Positions 8,646-17,432 of a stretch of DNA of 64,000 bases are shown one piece after another. The notes under the pieces were generated by a model. It was not told the DNA's origin. It did not search any database and saw only the letters and a program-made list of their open reading frames with translations. Every line of letters starts with the position of its first letter. The first letter of the stretch is position 1. The translations under genes were made by a program, and so were the position numbers. Source of the DNA: Verrucomicrobiia bacterium (GTDB lineage Bacteria; Verrucomicrobiota; Verrucomicrobiia; Chthoniobacterales; Terrimicrobiaceae); the NCBI GenBank assembly GCA_037128135.1, contig JBAXXD010000008.1:1482-65481 (forward strand), given 5' to 3'.

Positions 8646-10778
8646 ATGACTGCCAAACGCCTTCTCAACCCCGCCCTTAACTCTTGGTCTGTTGCGGGAC
8701 AGATCCTGACAATTGTCCTGCCCTATCCCGGAGCGGAACGCTCCACGCCAATATGGGCCGCAGCCGAGACTGAGATCGCCTTTCGAAGGCAGCCTCGGCT
8801 CGCCTGCCGCTGCACTCTGGCATTCGCAGCCATGGAACTTCAGCGTTTCCTGGTGCGCACTGTGGAGGGAATCACGATCCGCTTTGCCTCGAAACCACCC
8901 CGCGCCGGGTTCGCGCTGATCTTGGAGGCTACCACTCCGGCATCGCGTTCGGACGACTTTGCTCTGATTCCTGAGGGAACGGAGCGGCTGCGCATTCGCG
9001 GCGGAGGCCGCACCGGCACGCTCCTTGGCAGCTACGAGTTTTTGAAGCTTCAAGGCTGGCGCTGGTATGCGCCCGGGGCCGCCGGCGAGATTGCGCCGGA
9101 GGCGACCGGATTTTTACGCGCCCCCGCCGCATCGTTGGAGGAGCGTCCTGCTTTGGATGCGGGAGGCGGTTTCGATCTCGAATACTACTCGATGGAATCG
9201 GCAGACCTGCTTCTTTGGTCAGCCCGGAACGGCCTCAATGTCTGGGCCGGCCGGAGCGCCACGTTCCCGCTGGCCTGCAAACTCGGCATGACCGTCAAGG
9301 CCGGGGGCCATATCTTCGAGAGCATTCTGCATCCCGATGCGGTCCTGCCCGACGGGCGCGCGCTCTGGGATGCGCATCAAGAATGGTTCGGACTGCCAGC
9401 GGATGGCCCCCGGATCCGGGACAGCGCCCAACGCACCCAGTTCTGCGTGTCCCAGCCGGAACTCATCGAATTTTTGGGAGCCGCCCTGTTGAAACGACTT
9501 CAGAAGGACTGGAGCATCGCGGACCGCCTCGACATCTGGGGATTCGATACCTGGGGCCATACCTGCCAATGCCCGGCCTGCCGGGATCTCGGCAACCCGA
9601 CCGACGTCCTTCTTGCCTTCGCCTCCCGGATTCGCGAGTTCCTGAACCAAGCTGAAGCCGACGCACGTCTCGACCGGCATGTGACATTGATCCTTTGCGC
9701 CTACGAAGGCACTGCCTCCCTCGACGGCCCTTCCCGCCCGGTGCCGCAGAATCTGGCCGCCGACGGAACGCTGGTCACCTTTTATCCTATCAACCGCTGC
9801 TACAGGCACCCGCTCGGCGACCGGGATTGCGCAACCAACCGGCGCTACTGGGAGGCACTGAAATCCTGGACGGAAGCCCGTCCGGCCCTGAGGATCGTGA
9901 TGGGGGAATATTACAATGTCTCCAAGTTTGAAGACCTGCCGCTTCTGTTCACCGGGATCATGCAGCGCGATTGGCCGTCCTATGTCGCCGCCGGGGTTAA
10001 GGGAGCGACCTATATGCACATTCCCACGGTGGAGTGGGGAATGCGCGCCCTGACCCAAAACCTCTATGCCAGGCTGACGCGAAAGCCGGCGGCGCCGGTC
10101 GACAAATGGACAGCCGAATACTTCGATCTCTGGTATGGTGCTCACAGCAGCGCCATGGAGGAGTGCTACGAACTGACAGAGAACACCGGACGGCTTTGCG
10201 CCCAGTGGCGCGCGTGGGCCGATTGGAGCGTGCTCTGCCAAATGCAGGCCTGGGACGGCACGCCCGCCGTTGGTCCGTTGCTTCTACACGAACACCTGGG
10301 CACAATGCCGGAAGCTGTCGCAGCGGGCCGGAAGGCCCTGGCTAACTTGCGCAAAGCGTTGGATCTGGTGATGGTGGCACGTCAGCGCGAAAAGCTCGCC
10401 GCTACCGAAAATGACCTGTCTCACGGAAGAGCGATCAACCCGGCCGAGTTGCTCCGCATGCAGAGCGGAGCCCGGGTTTTAAAACATTTATCGGAAGATA
10501 TGCGTCTCCTGAGATATGGATTGGACGTGCAGGAACTCAGCGTCGATCTTATGGCGTACCATGAGGCACTGCGCCACCGGCTGACCGGAGAGGCCGCCTC
10601 GCTCTGGACCGGCATTGAGGCCGCCGCAGAGCGCCTCGAACAATATGTGGTCCCCCTCGGATTTGCCCACAACGGTCCGGGACTCAGTATAAGGGATGGC
10701 CTCGAACGCTCCCAGCTCGGCCCCGTCGTGCAACGCTGCCGCTCGTTCCGAATGCATGCAGAAGGTTTTCACAGATGA
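8646..10778 (+). CDS. DUF4838-like protein (putative glycoside-hydrolase-like), copy 1
   Basis: The ORF-track start 8307 overlaps nagA out of frame. The first ATG after the nagA stop is 8646 (~710 aa). The IVLP...AAMELQRFL N-terminus and CQCPACRD cysteine motif recall DUF4838 proteins (from memory). Confidence 0.75.
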   Translation: MTAKRLLNPALNSWSVAGQILTIVLPYPGAERSTPIWAAAETEIAFRRQPRLACRCTLAFAAMELQRFLVRTVEGITIRFASKPPRAGFALILEATTPASRSDDFALIPEGTERLRIRGGGRTGTLLGSYEFLKLQGWRWYAPGAAGEIAPEATGFLRAPAASLEERPALDAGGGFDLEYYSMESADLLLWSARNGLNVWAGRSATFPLACKLGMTVKAGGHIFESILHPDAVLPDGRALWDAHQEWFGLPADGPRIRDSAQRTQFCVSQPELIEFLGAALLKRLQKDWSIADRLDIWGFDTWGHTCQCPACRDLGNPTDVLLAFASRIREFLNQAEADARLDRHVTLILCAYEGTASLDGPSRPVPQNLAADGTLVTFYPINRCYRHPLGDRDCATNRRYWEALKSWTEARPALRIVMGEYYNVSKFEDLPLLFTGIMQRDWPSYVAAGVKGATYMHIPTVEWGMRALTQNLYARLTRKPAAPVDKWTAEYFDLWYGAHSSAMEECYELTENTGRLCAQWRAWADWSVLCQMQAWDGTPAVGPLLLHEHLGTMPEAVAAGRKALANLRKALDLVMVARQREKLAATENDLSHGRAINPAELLRMQSGARVLKHLSEDMRLLRYGLDVQELSVDLMAYHEALRHRLTGEAASLWTGIEAAAERLEQYVVPLGFAHNGPGLSIRDGLERSQLGPVVQRCRSFRMHAEGFHR

Positions 10779-10801
10779 AAGACCGTCTGCAATCTGAGCC
10801 C

Positions 10802-10829
10802 CCGTGGCTGGTCGTTAGATCAGCCACGG
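10802..10829. terminator. hairpin between convergent genes (possible bidirectional terminator)
   Basis: CCGTGGCTG (10802-10810) pairs perfectly with CAGCCACGG (10821-10829) around a 10-nt loop. It lies between the DUF4838-like stop and the isomerase stop. There is no adjacent T-run. Confidence 0.4.
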
Positions 10830-10845
10830 CTGGGCAGGTGACGGA

Positions 10846-11607
10846 TTATGCGAGCTTAAGAACTCCCTGGAGGGCGGCGGAGTCGCTGCCGTGCTTGGGG
10901 AAAAGCTCTACGCCGATGTATCCTTTGTAGCCCGTTTCTTCAATAGCCTTGAGGACGTTGGGGTAGTTGATTTCCCCGGTGCCAATTTCACAGCGGCCCG
11001 GATTGTCTGCAATATGGTAGTGGCCGATCCAAGAGGCGCCCTCGCGAATATTGCGGATCAAATTCCCTTCGGTGATTTGCTGGTGGTAAATGTCGAAGAG
11101 GACTTTCACGTAGGGGGAATTGACTTCGCGAACCGCCTCGAACGCCTCGTCCGAGCGCGCGAGGTAGTAGCCCGCGTGGTCCACCAGGAGGTTGAGTGGT
11201 TCGATGGTAAGCGTCACTCCGGCCTCAGCAAGCAGAGGCGCGGCAGCCGCAAGCCCCGCGACCAGGCTGGCGTGTTGCTCGCCGCGTGGCACCCCCGGAA
11301 GTTCGTCGCCGACCTGCGAGATGAGGGTGCGACAATTGAGCTTGGCTGCGACTTGGATCGTCTCCTTGAGCGCCTCGATGTATTCGTCCCGCTTGGATGC
11401 GTCCACTAATGAGATGAACTTGGTGCAGAACGCGGCGATCGCCACCCCGCTCGTGTTCGTAGCTTTTTTGATGGCGTCAAGATCCTCGTCCCACCAGCCC
11501 CAAAACTCGACTTGTTTGAAACCAAGTGCGCCGGCTTTGGCGATGCGCTCGGCAAAGGGAACCTCTTTGAAGAAGATATTCAGATTAGGAGAAAAGTTGA
11601 GTGACAT
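10846..11607 (-). CDS. hydroxypyruvate isomerase family / xylose-isomerase-like TIM-barrel protein
   Basis: 253-aa ORF. The N-terminus MSLNFSPNLNIFFKEVPFAERIAKAGALGFKQVEFW matches the Hyi-type pattern, and the remainder is TIM-barrel-like. Confidence 0.85.
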   Translation of the reverse strand: MSLNFSPNLNIFFKEVPFAERIAKAGALGFKQVEFWGWWDEDLDAIKKATNTSGVAIAAFCTKFISLVDASKRDEYIEALKETIQVAAKLNCRTLISQVGDELPGVPRGEQHASLVAGLAAAAPLLAEAGVTLTIEPLNLLVDHAGYYLARSDEAFEAVREVNSPYVKVLFDIYHQQITEGNLIRNIREGASWIGHYHIADNPGRCEIGTGEINYPNVLKAIEETGYKGYIGVELFPKHGSDSAALQGVLKLA

Positions 11608-11625
11608 ATATATAGGGTTGAGGAT

Positions 11626-11802
11626 TTAATAGTGGACGAGGACGCCGCTGCAGGAGGCGGGATCTTTATCGAAAGCCATCTCGGTGCCTGCGCTGACATT
11701 GGTCACGAGGGTTTGCGCCACGGACGTCCGCCCAGACGCGTGAGGGGATTCGACTTCCACAATTTGCGACGCTCGGGGCGCGCTGTACATGAGTGATTTC
11801 AT
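11626..11802 (-). CDS. small hypothetical protein (58 aa), uncertain
   Basis: Translated by hand and below the ORF-track cutoff: MKSLMYSAPRASQIVEVESPHASGRTSVAQTLVTNVSAGTEMAFDKDPASCSGVLVHY*. It stops 18 nt before the isomerase start. No family recognised. Confidence 0.25.
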   Translation of the reverse strand: MKSLMYSAPRASQIVEVESPHASGRTSVAQTLVTNVSAGTEMAFDKDPASCSGVLVHY

Positions 11803-11816
11803 AAATAGAAACTACC

Positions 11817-11857
11817 TGATAGGAAATCCCTTTTCGGGTGTTGCGGGCGTTTGCCCG
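11817..11857. repeat. interspersed module D, copy 1 (TGATAGGAAAT...GCGGGCGTTTGCCCG)
   Basis: Similar to 44908-44947 and 48988-49021. Contains a small hairpin, CGGGC-GTTT-GCCCG. Confidence 0.65.
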
Positions 11858-11880
11858 TCAATTTCAGCCGCAAGCAGCAT

Positions 11881-11923
11881 TTCCATGCTGGTTTCGTAGC
11901 GAAATGCCGCAGCGAGGTCAAGT
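11881..11923. repeat. interspersed module A, copy 1 (TTCCATGCTGGTTTCGTAGCGAAA...CGAGGTCAAGT)
   Basis: The 24-nt and 11-nt blocks match 22885-22928 apart from a 1-nt indel. The 8 nt between the blocks differ. Confidence 0.75.
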
Positions 11924-11956
11924 CTTCGCGGTCGTGACGCCATTCTGCTTCGGTGG

Positions 11957-11974
11957 TCCGGGGCGCGCCCCGGA
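11957..11974. repeat. 18-nt perfect palindrome TCCGGGGCGCGCCCCGGA
   Basis: Read directly. Self-complementary over 18 nt, in a ~750-nt non-coding stretch. Confidence 0.7.
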
Positions 11975-12085
11975 TCATGAAATGGCGGGCCCGGCGAGCT
12001 GAAAAGCTGAGATCAAGGAATAGTGAAAGAAAGCGCAAAAAAAGCCTGACGATTTTGAAGGCGTCGATTTTCAATAAACTAAATG

Positions 12086-12126
12086 CTGAAATTCAACCTG
12101 TGGCAACGCTTCTTTCTGAAATTCAA
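12086..12126. promoter_or_regulatory. direct repeat CTGAAATTCAA x2 with 30-nt period (possible regulator site)
   Basis: CTGAAATTCAA occurs at 12086-12096 and 12116-12126 in AT-richer sequence. It lies ~430 nt upstream of the MFS gene, so any function is speculative. Confidence 0.2.
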
Positions 12127-12553
12127 TCCGATCATTGATAGGCTCCCCGCGAGGCCCGGCCCCGAAGCCCCTCGTCGATGGGGGCGCCAGCGGATCCGGT
12201 CGCATCTATGGCAAAGCGCCCCGGTAGCTCGTGATTTCACCATGAGAAGGCGGGAAACTCGACCGGGGACGGGGTGTCGCCGGTCACTTGAAAAATGAGG
12301 TCGTGTCATCGCACTGGCGGGGAGTCTCCATCCTTCGCAAGTATCCGATTTGCCTTTGCTCTTGAAAACTACTAAAACCATGCAAAAACTCACGACAATA
12401 CTATGAAAATGACAATTTACGACGACAACATCACCCCGCAGGTCTGCGTTCGTCCGGGAGTCGCTGGTCGCCTTTGACTCAGGTCAGGAGACTAATGGGA
12501 AAATTCCACTCGCATCTCAATCAGCGCATCTCGATCTTATCTAAAAACCCGGG

Positions 12554-13858
12554 ATGAAAGCCGCACTGGTGTTGTCCCTGGCAGGGCTTTATTTCTTTTC
12601 GTTTATTCAGCGGGTCGGAATTCCGGGCTCAATTTTCAACGACCTCCAGAGTGAAATGAACCTGGACGCGGCGGCGGTCACCCGGCTGGGGGCGATCTAC
12701 TTGTTTGTCTATGCTTGCATGCAGCCTTTTGTCGGGCTTCTGGCCGACCGGTTTGGAGGAAGCCGGGTGGCGCTGGCAAGCGGAGTTCTGCTGGTCGCCG
12801 GAGCCACAATGTTTCCCGTTTCGCACGGCATCGAGGGACTGTATTTCAGCCGCGCTCTGGTTGGGCTTGGTGGCAGCGCGATGTTCTTGTGCATGTTCAA
12901 GGAAGCCTCCCGTTGGTTCAGCGGCAGGCATTTCACGGTGATCGTGGGGAGCTTGTCCCTGATCGGGTATTGTGGCGGGCTGGCCGGGACCAGCCCGTTT
13001 CGAATGTTGGCGGATCGCGATGGTTGGCGATCCGCGTGTCTGGTCCTCGCGGCGGGAACGGCACTCTTTCTGGTGCTGACGGGGTGGTTGAGTTGGAGGA
13101 TCGGCCACGCGGCTTCCCCCGTCAGGATTGGAAAACCCTGGCGCAATACGGTCGACGTGTTGACCAACCGCCTGAATTTCCCGGTGTTGGTCGCCTTTTC
13201 CCTGAGCTCATCCGTATCGCTTTGCCTGCAGATGACCATCGGCCAGAAATTCATCGCGGATTTTTGCGGGATCACCGCCTTGGAAGCGTCGAAACTGACC
13301 TTCGCCATGATGCTGTTCACCCTTGCCACCCTGCCGGTTTGCGGCGTCGTCAGCAAAAGGTTCCGCAACCTGCGCAAACCATTTTTGATCTTCATGGCGG
13401 CAGCGGCGGTCGCAGGGACGGCGCTGATTCTGGTTGGAATCCATTGGGTGATGCCGCCGTGGTTCTTCCTGTGCGCATTGATCCCGATGGCGATTGGCTC
13501 GGGAAGCACGCCGGTCATCCTGTCGATGATGAGGGAGCAGAATCACCCGCAGGCAGTGGCCACTTCCGTTGGCCTCTTGAACGCCTCCGTCTACTTGATG
13601 ATTGCCTTAACCACTCAGGTGTCTGGCCGTGTCTTGGAGGCGTTCCATAGCGAGGCGGTGATCACGCGTGCGTCCACGGTTTATCCTCCCGCCGCGTATG
13701 GCCTCCTGTTCGCCATCTTGCTGGCAATAGCCACAATCTCGCTCATTGCCTCGCTTTTTAGCAGAGAAACTCACGGACACATATCCCCCCTGGCCAAGGG
13801 GCTGAACCCGCACAGGGTTTGCAAGGAAGCCGAAAGTTCCCCCTGCTTGCTGGAGTAA
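12554..13858 (+). CDS. MFS transporter
   Basis: 434-aa ORF that is hydrophobic throughout, with about 12 predicted helices by eye. The MFS loop motif is present (GLLADRFGGSRV). Confidence 0.85.
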   Translation: MKAALVLSLAGLYFFSFIQRVGIPGSIFNDLQSEMNLDAAAVTRLGAIYLFVYACMQPFVGLLADRFGGSRVALASGVLLVAGATMFPVSHGIEGLYFSRALVGLGGSAMFLCMFKEASRWFSGRHFTVIVGSLSLIGYCGGLAGTSPFRMLADRDGWRSACLVLAAGTALFLVLTGWLSWRIGHAASPVRIGKPWRNTVDVLTNRLNFPVLVAFSLSSSVSLCLQMTIGQKFIADFCGITALEASKLTFAMMLFTLATLPVCGVVSKRFRNLRKPFLIFMAAAAVAGTALILVGIHWVMPPWFFLCALIPMAIGSGSTPVILSMMREQNHPQAVATSVGLLNASVYLMIALTTQVSGRVLEAFHSEAVITRASTVYPPAAYGLLFAILLAIATISLIASLFSRETHGHISPLAKGLNPHRVCKEAESSPCLLE

Positions 13859-13899
13859 ACAATAGAGTGGGGGGAAAGATGAGAGCGGTCCCGTAGATT

Positions 13900-14391
13900 T
13901 CAAGCAATACTTCGTTCGCTTTGGGCTTGGGATCGGGAACTTCGCTCCAAACGAACTTCTTTTGTGTTTCTGCTGAGGATCGCGTGCATGTTCAGCCGTT
14001 TTTCCAGGAGGTATATCCGCTCGCTGCCAACGTCACTTCGTGAACCAAAGATCTCTTTCTTCCCTTCATCGTTCCTGAGAAGGCTGAAATTGACTTGCCG
14101 CAACTTGCGTTCAATGATCTCCTCAAAATAGTCATCGTATACCCAGAAGCTCAGAACACCCTCGGGCGATTCTTTGAACATCTTTTCGAACCGGCCATTC
14201 GTCCGCAGGCAACCACCTCCGGCGGCCTTGGAGTCCGTTACAAAACTGCTTGCGGGATCTTTGAGCTGCGGGTCGTACTTGAGGATATCCTCAGGCGAAT
14301 CGAAATGATTATCGATGGTCTCGGCCATAAGCGCCGCCGATAGCAGCAGAGCCAAAAATAAAAATGCGGCTTGTCTCATTCTTTTTACCAT
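13900..14391 (-). CDS. secreted hypothetical protein
   Basis: The ORF-track version (to 14565) overlaps the upstream gene. The internal start MVKRMRQAAFLFLALLLSAALMAE is a signal peptide beginning at 14391. G+C is lower than in flanking DNA. No family recognised. Confidence 0.5.
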   Translation of the reverse strand: MVKRMRQAAFLFLALLLSAALMAETIDNHFDSPEDILKYDPQLKDPASSFVTDSKAAGGGCLRTNGRFEKMFKESPEGVLSFWVYDDYFEEIIERKLRQVNFSLLRNDEGKKEIFGSRSDVGSERIYLLEKRLNMHAILSRNTKEVRLERSSRSQAQSERSIA

Positions 14392-14488
14392 GTGAATTGA
14401 CCTGACCGGACTGTTGCCAGAGGCAGGTCGCGGGGTAAGCTGTTTTTTCTGATTCTGATAGAAAATCATCATTTGAAATAGTAACTGC

Positions 14489-16495
14489 TCACGAGACTTT
14501 TTGAAGTAGGAAGCCCCAAGCCCTGCCACCGTTGGTCTGCATCGCCACCACGACCTCGTTTGCACCTTTCCTCCAGCTCGCCGGGACGGTCAAGACATGG
14601 GAGGTGATGGGGTTGGTGGCGTTCGGGTCGCAAGCAACTGTCTTGCCGTTAAGGAAGGCCTTGAATGGGGCGTCGGCTCCGATGCTCAGCCCACCCTCGA
14701 CCGCCTTGCGCAGGGTGATCCGGCAGCGGGCGTAAACCAGGCCGTCGCGGACGCCTTCGCGGTAGAGCGGCCGGATGTCGAACATGTTCGACTCATTGTT
14801 GTTCAACGGCATGATCGGGGTGAACTTGAGGTTCTTGCCGGGAAGACCGATGGCGGCGATGCCCTTGTTGCTTTTGACGATCACGGCGGCTTCAGCCCGT
14901 CCAAGGCAGCCTGGGCGGTTCTTGCATGCCATCTTTTCGGCGGCACGGTGCTTGGCCTCGATCCCCTTCCTGGCGACGGCGACCTCTTTCTGCAGCTTCG
15001 AGAGGATGTTCTCGTCCAGCGCCAGCGCCTTCTTCTCCTCCCCCACCACCAGCATCTCGGAGAGCACACGAGCGCCCTCGGTTCCCGGGAAGGCTGCAAT
15101 GAGCCTCCTCGCCTCCTTGTAGGTGGATCGCAACCGCTCCATCTGGTTTTTCAATGCCCTGGCGACTGAGAGGATATCGTCAGGATTGTCCATGCTTGGC
15201 AGGACTTTTTTCCAGTCGGCGTAGGCGCGGTAGGCGGTGGACAGCTCGATGAGATCTTTCATGACGGCGGTGAAGCGGCCGGCCTTCTTGGTGAGTTTGG
15301 CGCCGGGGCCGAAAACCACGGTCTTGGTGTCGATCTTGTCCTGGAGCCAGTTGTCGCCGCGGAACTTGTCGCGATCGGATTTCTTGCGAAAGTCCGGGAC
15401 GTCAAATGGCTTGCCGTCCTCGTGGGAGGAGCGGCAGGCGAGGATGCCGGGGATGGTGACGTCGGCGGCGCCGTAGATGTCGAAGGGACCTTTTTCGCCG
15501 GTGAGTATCTCGCGGGCGAAATAGTAGAAGGTCCAGAAATCGCCGCCGCCGTGGCCGGTCTTGGCGGCCAGTTCGCCGAGGCCCTCCCACTGGGGATTCA
15601 TCTTGAACATCGGGGAGTGGCCGCTGGCGCCGAGGCGCAGCTTGAGGCCATCGTGGCCGATCTCGGCCGCGCCAAGGGTGCCCCAGAGCCGCTGATGATG
15701 GCTGTCGTTGGTGGCCGCGCCCATGAGGTTGCGCACGACTCCACCGTTGCTCATGCGGATGAGTGAGGGGGTCATGGTGCCGCCGTTGGCTAAGGAATCG
15801 CCAAGGTAGCCGGCCAGCTTGGGGGTGGCGGGCAGGGACTCGACCCGGACGGGGCGGGTGCCGGTGATGACCATGGCCGGCCCGAGCGAATGGGTGCAGT
15901 AGTAGTGGAAGTTGAACCAGCTCCTCCAGTTGTGGACGGTGTGCCCGGGCTGTATCGGAAGACCGTCGATGTAGGTGTAGCAGAGGCTGCGGCATTCGTG
16001 GACATACTCATACTCGCCGTACATCAGCTCGCCGAAGAGGCCTTCCTTCCAGCGGGCGGCCAGCCACATGTTGGCAGCGGAGAAGGGGTAGTTCTCGGCG
16101 AGGTTGTAGACGAGCTTGCGCTTCTCGACCTCCTCGACCAGCCGGACGCCCTCGGCCATAGTGAAGAAGGAGGTGACCTCGGACATGACGTGCTTGCCCG
16201 CCTGGAGGCACTTGATGGCGTCGTCGGCGTGGGCGGGACAGAAGGTCGCCAGCAGCACGGCGTCGAAGTCCTGCTTCAGGAACTCGTCAGCGTCGGCGGT
16301 GGCGAAGGCGCCGGGGTTGGCGGCGAGGAAGTTGTCGCGCATGTGCTGGTTGTAGTCGCAGCCGGCCACAACATCGATGTTGAGGTGCTTGCAGGTGGCG
16401 TAGAAGCTCATGCCCCGGCCAAGGCCCCAGATGCCGAGGCGTATTCGCTTGTCCGTGTCGAAGATCCCGAGATGGAGTTTTGATGTCTTCTTCAT
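14489..16495 (-). CDS. Gfo/Idh/MocA-family oxidoreductase with C-terminal beta-sandwich-like module
   Basis: 668-aa ORF. Rossmann N-terminus (RLGIWGLGRGMSF...DAVLLATFCPAHADDAIKCLQAGKHVMSEV). The last ~120 aa (…VYARCRITL…FKAFLNGKTV…GANEVVVAMQTNGGRAWGFLLQ) look like a galactose-binding-like jelly roll. Confidence 0.85.
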   Translation of the reverse strand: MKKTSKLHLGIFDTDKRIRLGIWGLGRGMSFYATCKHLNIDVVAGCDYNQHMRDNFLAANPGAFATADADEFLKQDFDAVLLATFCPAHADDAIKCLQAGKHVMSEVTSFFTMAEGVRLVEEVEKRKLVYNLAENYPFSAANMWLAARWKEGLFGELMYGEYEYVHECRSLCYTYIDGLPIQPGHTVHNWRSWFNFHYYCTHSLGPAMVITGTRPVRVESLPATPKLAGYLGDSLANGGTMTPSLIRMSNGGVVRNLMGAATNDSHHQRLWGTLGAAEIGHDGLKLRLGASGHSPMFKMNPQWEGLGELAAKTGHGGGDFWTFYYFAREILTGEKGPFDIYGAADVTIPGILACRSSHEDGKPFDVPDFRKKSDRDKFRGDNWLQDKIDTKTVVFGPGAKLTKKAGRFTAVMKDLIELSTAYRAYADWKKVLPSMDNPDDILSVARALKNQMERLRSTYKEARRLIAAFPGTEGARVLSEMLVVGEEKKALALDENILSKLQKEVAVARKGIEAKHRAAEKMACKNRPGCLGRAEAAVIVKSNKGIAAIGLPGKNLKFTPIMPLNNNESNMFDIRPLYREGVRDGLVYARCRITLRKAVEGGLSIGADAPFKAFLNGKTVACDPNATNPITSHVLTVPASWRKGANEVVVAMQTNGGRAWGFLLQKVS

Positions 16496-16715
16496 GATCC
16501 GATGATTCTAGCGCCAACCGATTCTATGGGAATGGACATCGCGGCTAATAAACCTATATTATTTCAACCATGCCCTGGCTGCCATACCATCACGACTGGA
16601 AGCCCGCATCTTTCAAAGGCGTCTTCGGCTGGAGGCGGCATTGGTTCAGACGAAATTCCGGCGAACCCGCAAAAGAATTGCCAGCGCGCGATCCCGGCCG
16701 ATACAGTCCCGCGAA

Positions 16716-17306
16716 ATGACAACAGATTCCCGCACCGAACCGGCCGCAGCAGAAATCCCCTACCGGGAGGTCCGCATGATCCGCAGAAATCTCGACGACA
16801 TCCCGCAGTTCGGATGGCCGGATGGTTTTAGCTCCCGCCGGTTTGCCGACGGCGACATGGATGTCTGGGCGAGCATCATATCGACCGACAAACACCTTGA
16901 GGCCGACCGGGCGCTTTTTGTCAGGGAATTCGGAGAGGACATCCGCCGGATCGCGGAGCGGATGTTCTTTGTGGTGTCGCCGGACGGGAAAGTCGTCGGC
17001 ACATCGACCGCATGGGAGGACCGGGATGATCACGGCGTGACCGTCGGGCGGTTGCATTGGGTATTTCTCCTGCCGGAGTATCACGGCCGGGGGCTGGCAA
17101 AACCCCTGCTGACCGAGACGCTGAACCTCATCGGTCGCTTGGGCCACCCCCGTTGTTATCTCGTCACGCAACTGACCCGCCTCCCGGCGATCAACCTCTA
17201 TCTGAAGTTCGGATTCGTGCCGGAAATCCGCACAGCGGAGGACAAGGACAACTGGAAGCTGCTGAGTCCGCACATCAGCCATCCGGCCATCCGGGATTTG
17301 GGGTAA
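16716..17306 (+). CDS. GNAT family N-acetyltransferase
   Basis: The acetyl-CoA binding region is present (LLPEYHGRGLAKPLLTETLNLIGRLG...NLYLKFGF). ATG 16716 is preferred over the TTG at 16641 used by the ORF track. Confidence 0.8.
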   Translation: MTTDSRTEPAAAEIPYREVRMIRRNLDDIPQFGWPDGFSSRRFADGDMDVWASIISTDKHLEADRALFVREFGEDIRRIAERMFFVVSPDGKVVGTSTAWEDRDDHGVTVGRLHWVFLLPEYHGRGLAKPLLTETLNLIGRLGHPRCYLVTQLTRLPAINLYLKFGFVPEIRTAEDKDNWKLLSPHISHPAIRDLG

Positions 17307-17432
17307 GTGGGAATGCCGCTCACTTAAACCAGAGTAGAACAAGCGCCACCCATTTTCTCTCAGGGGGCTTCCTGTTTCAGGATGCCTCCTGAGCAGTTAC
17401 TTAAACTATTTCCAAGATGAGCATAAATAGTT

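Noticed and set aside
11799-12074. 91-aa minus-strand ORF, with look-alike ORFs at 22649..23080 and 51076..51369
   Set aside because: These ORFs are assembled from the interspersed DNA modules A, C and D. Their peptide similarity (GECL...PCP.SFRV) follows from repeated DNA and gives no evidence for a protein family.
12130-12553. Possible riboswitch or leader upstream of the MFS transporter (checked for a cobalamin B12-box and similar cores)
   Set aside because: I could not find a convincing conserved core such as GCCACTG with the GGTGAAA-type context. The 24-codon mini-ORF at ~12403-12477 has no supporting features. This needs Rfam to settle.
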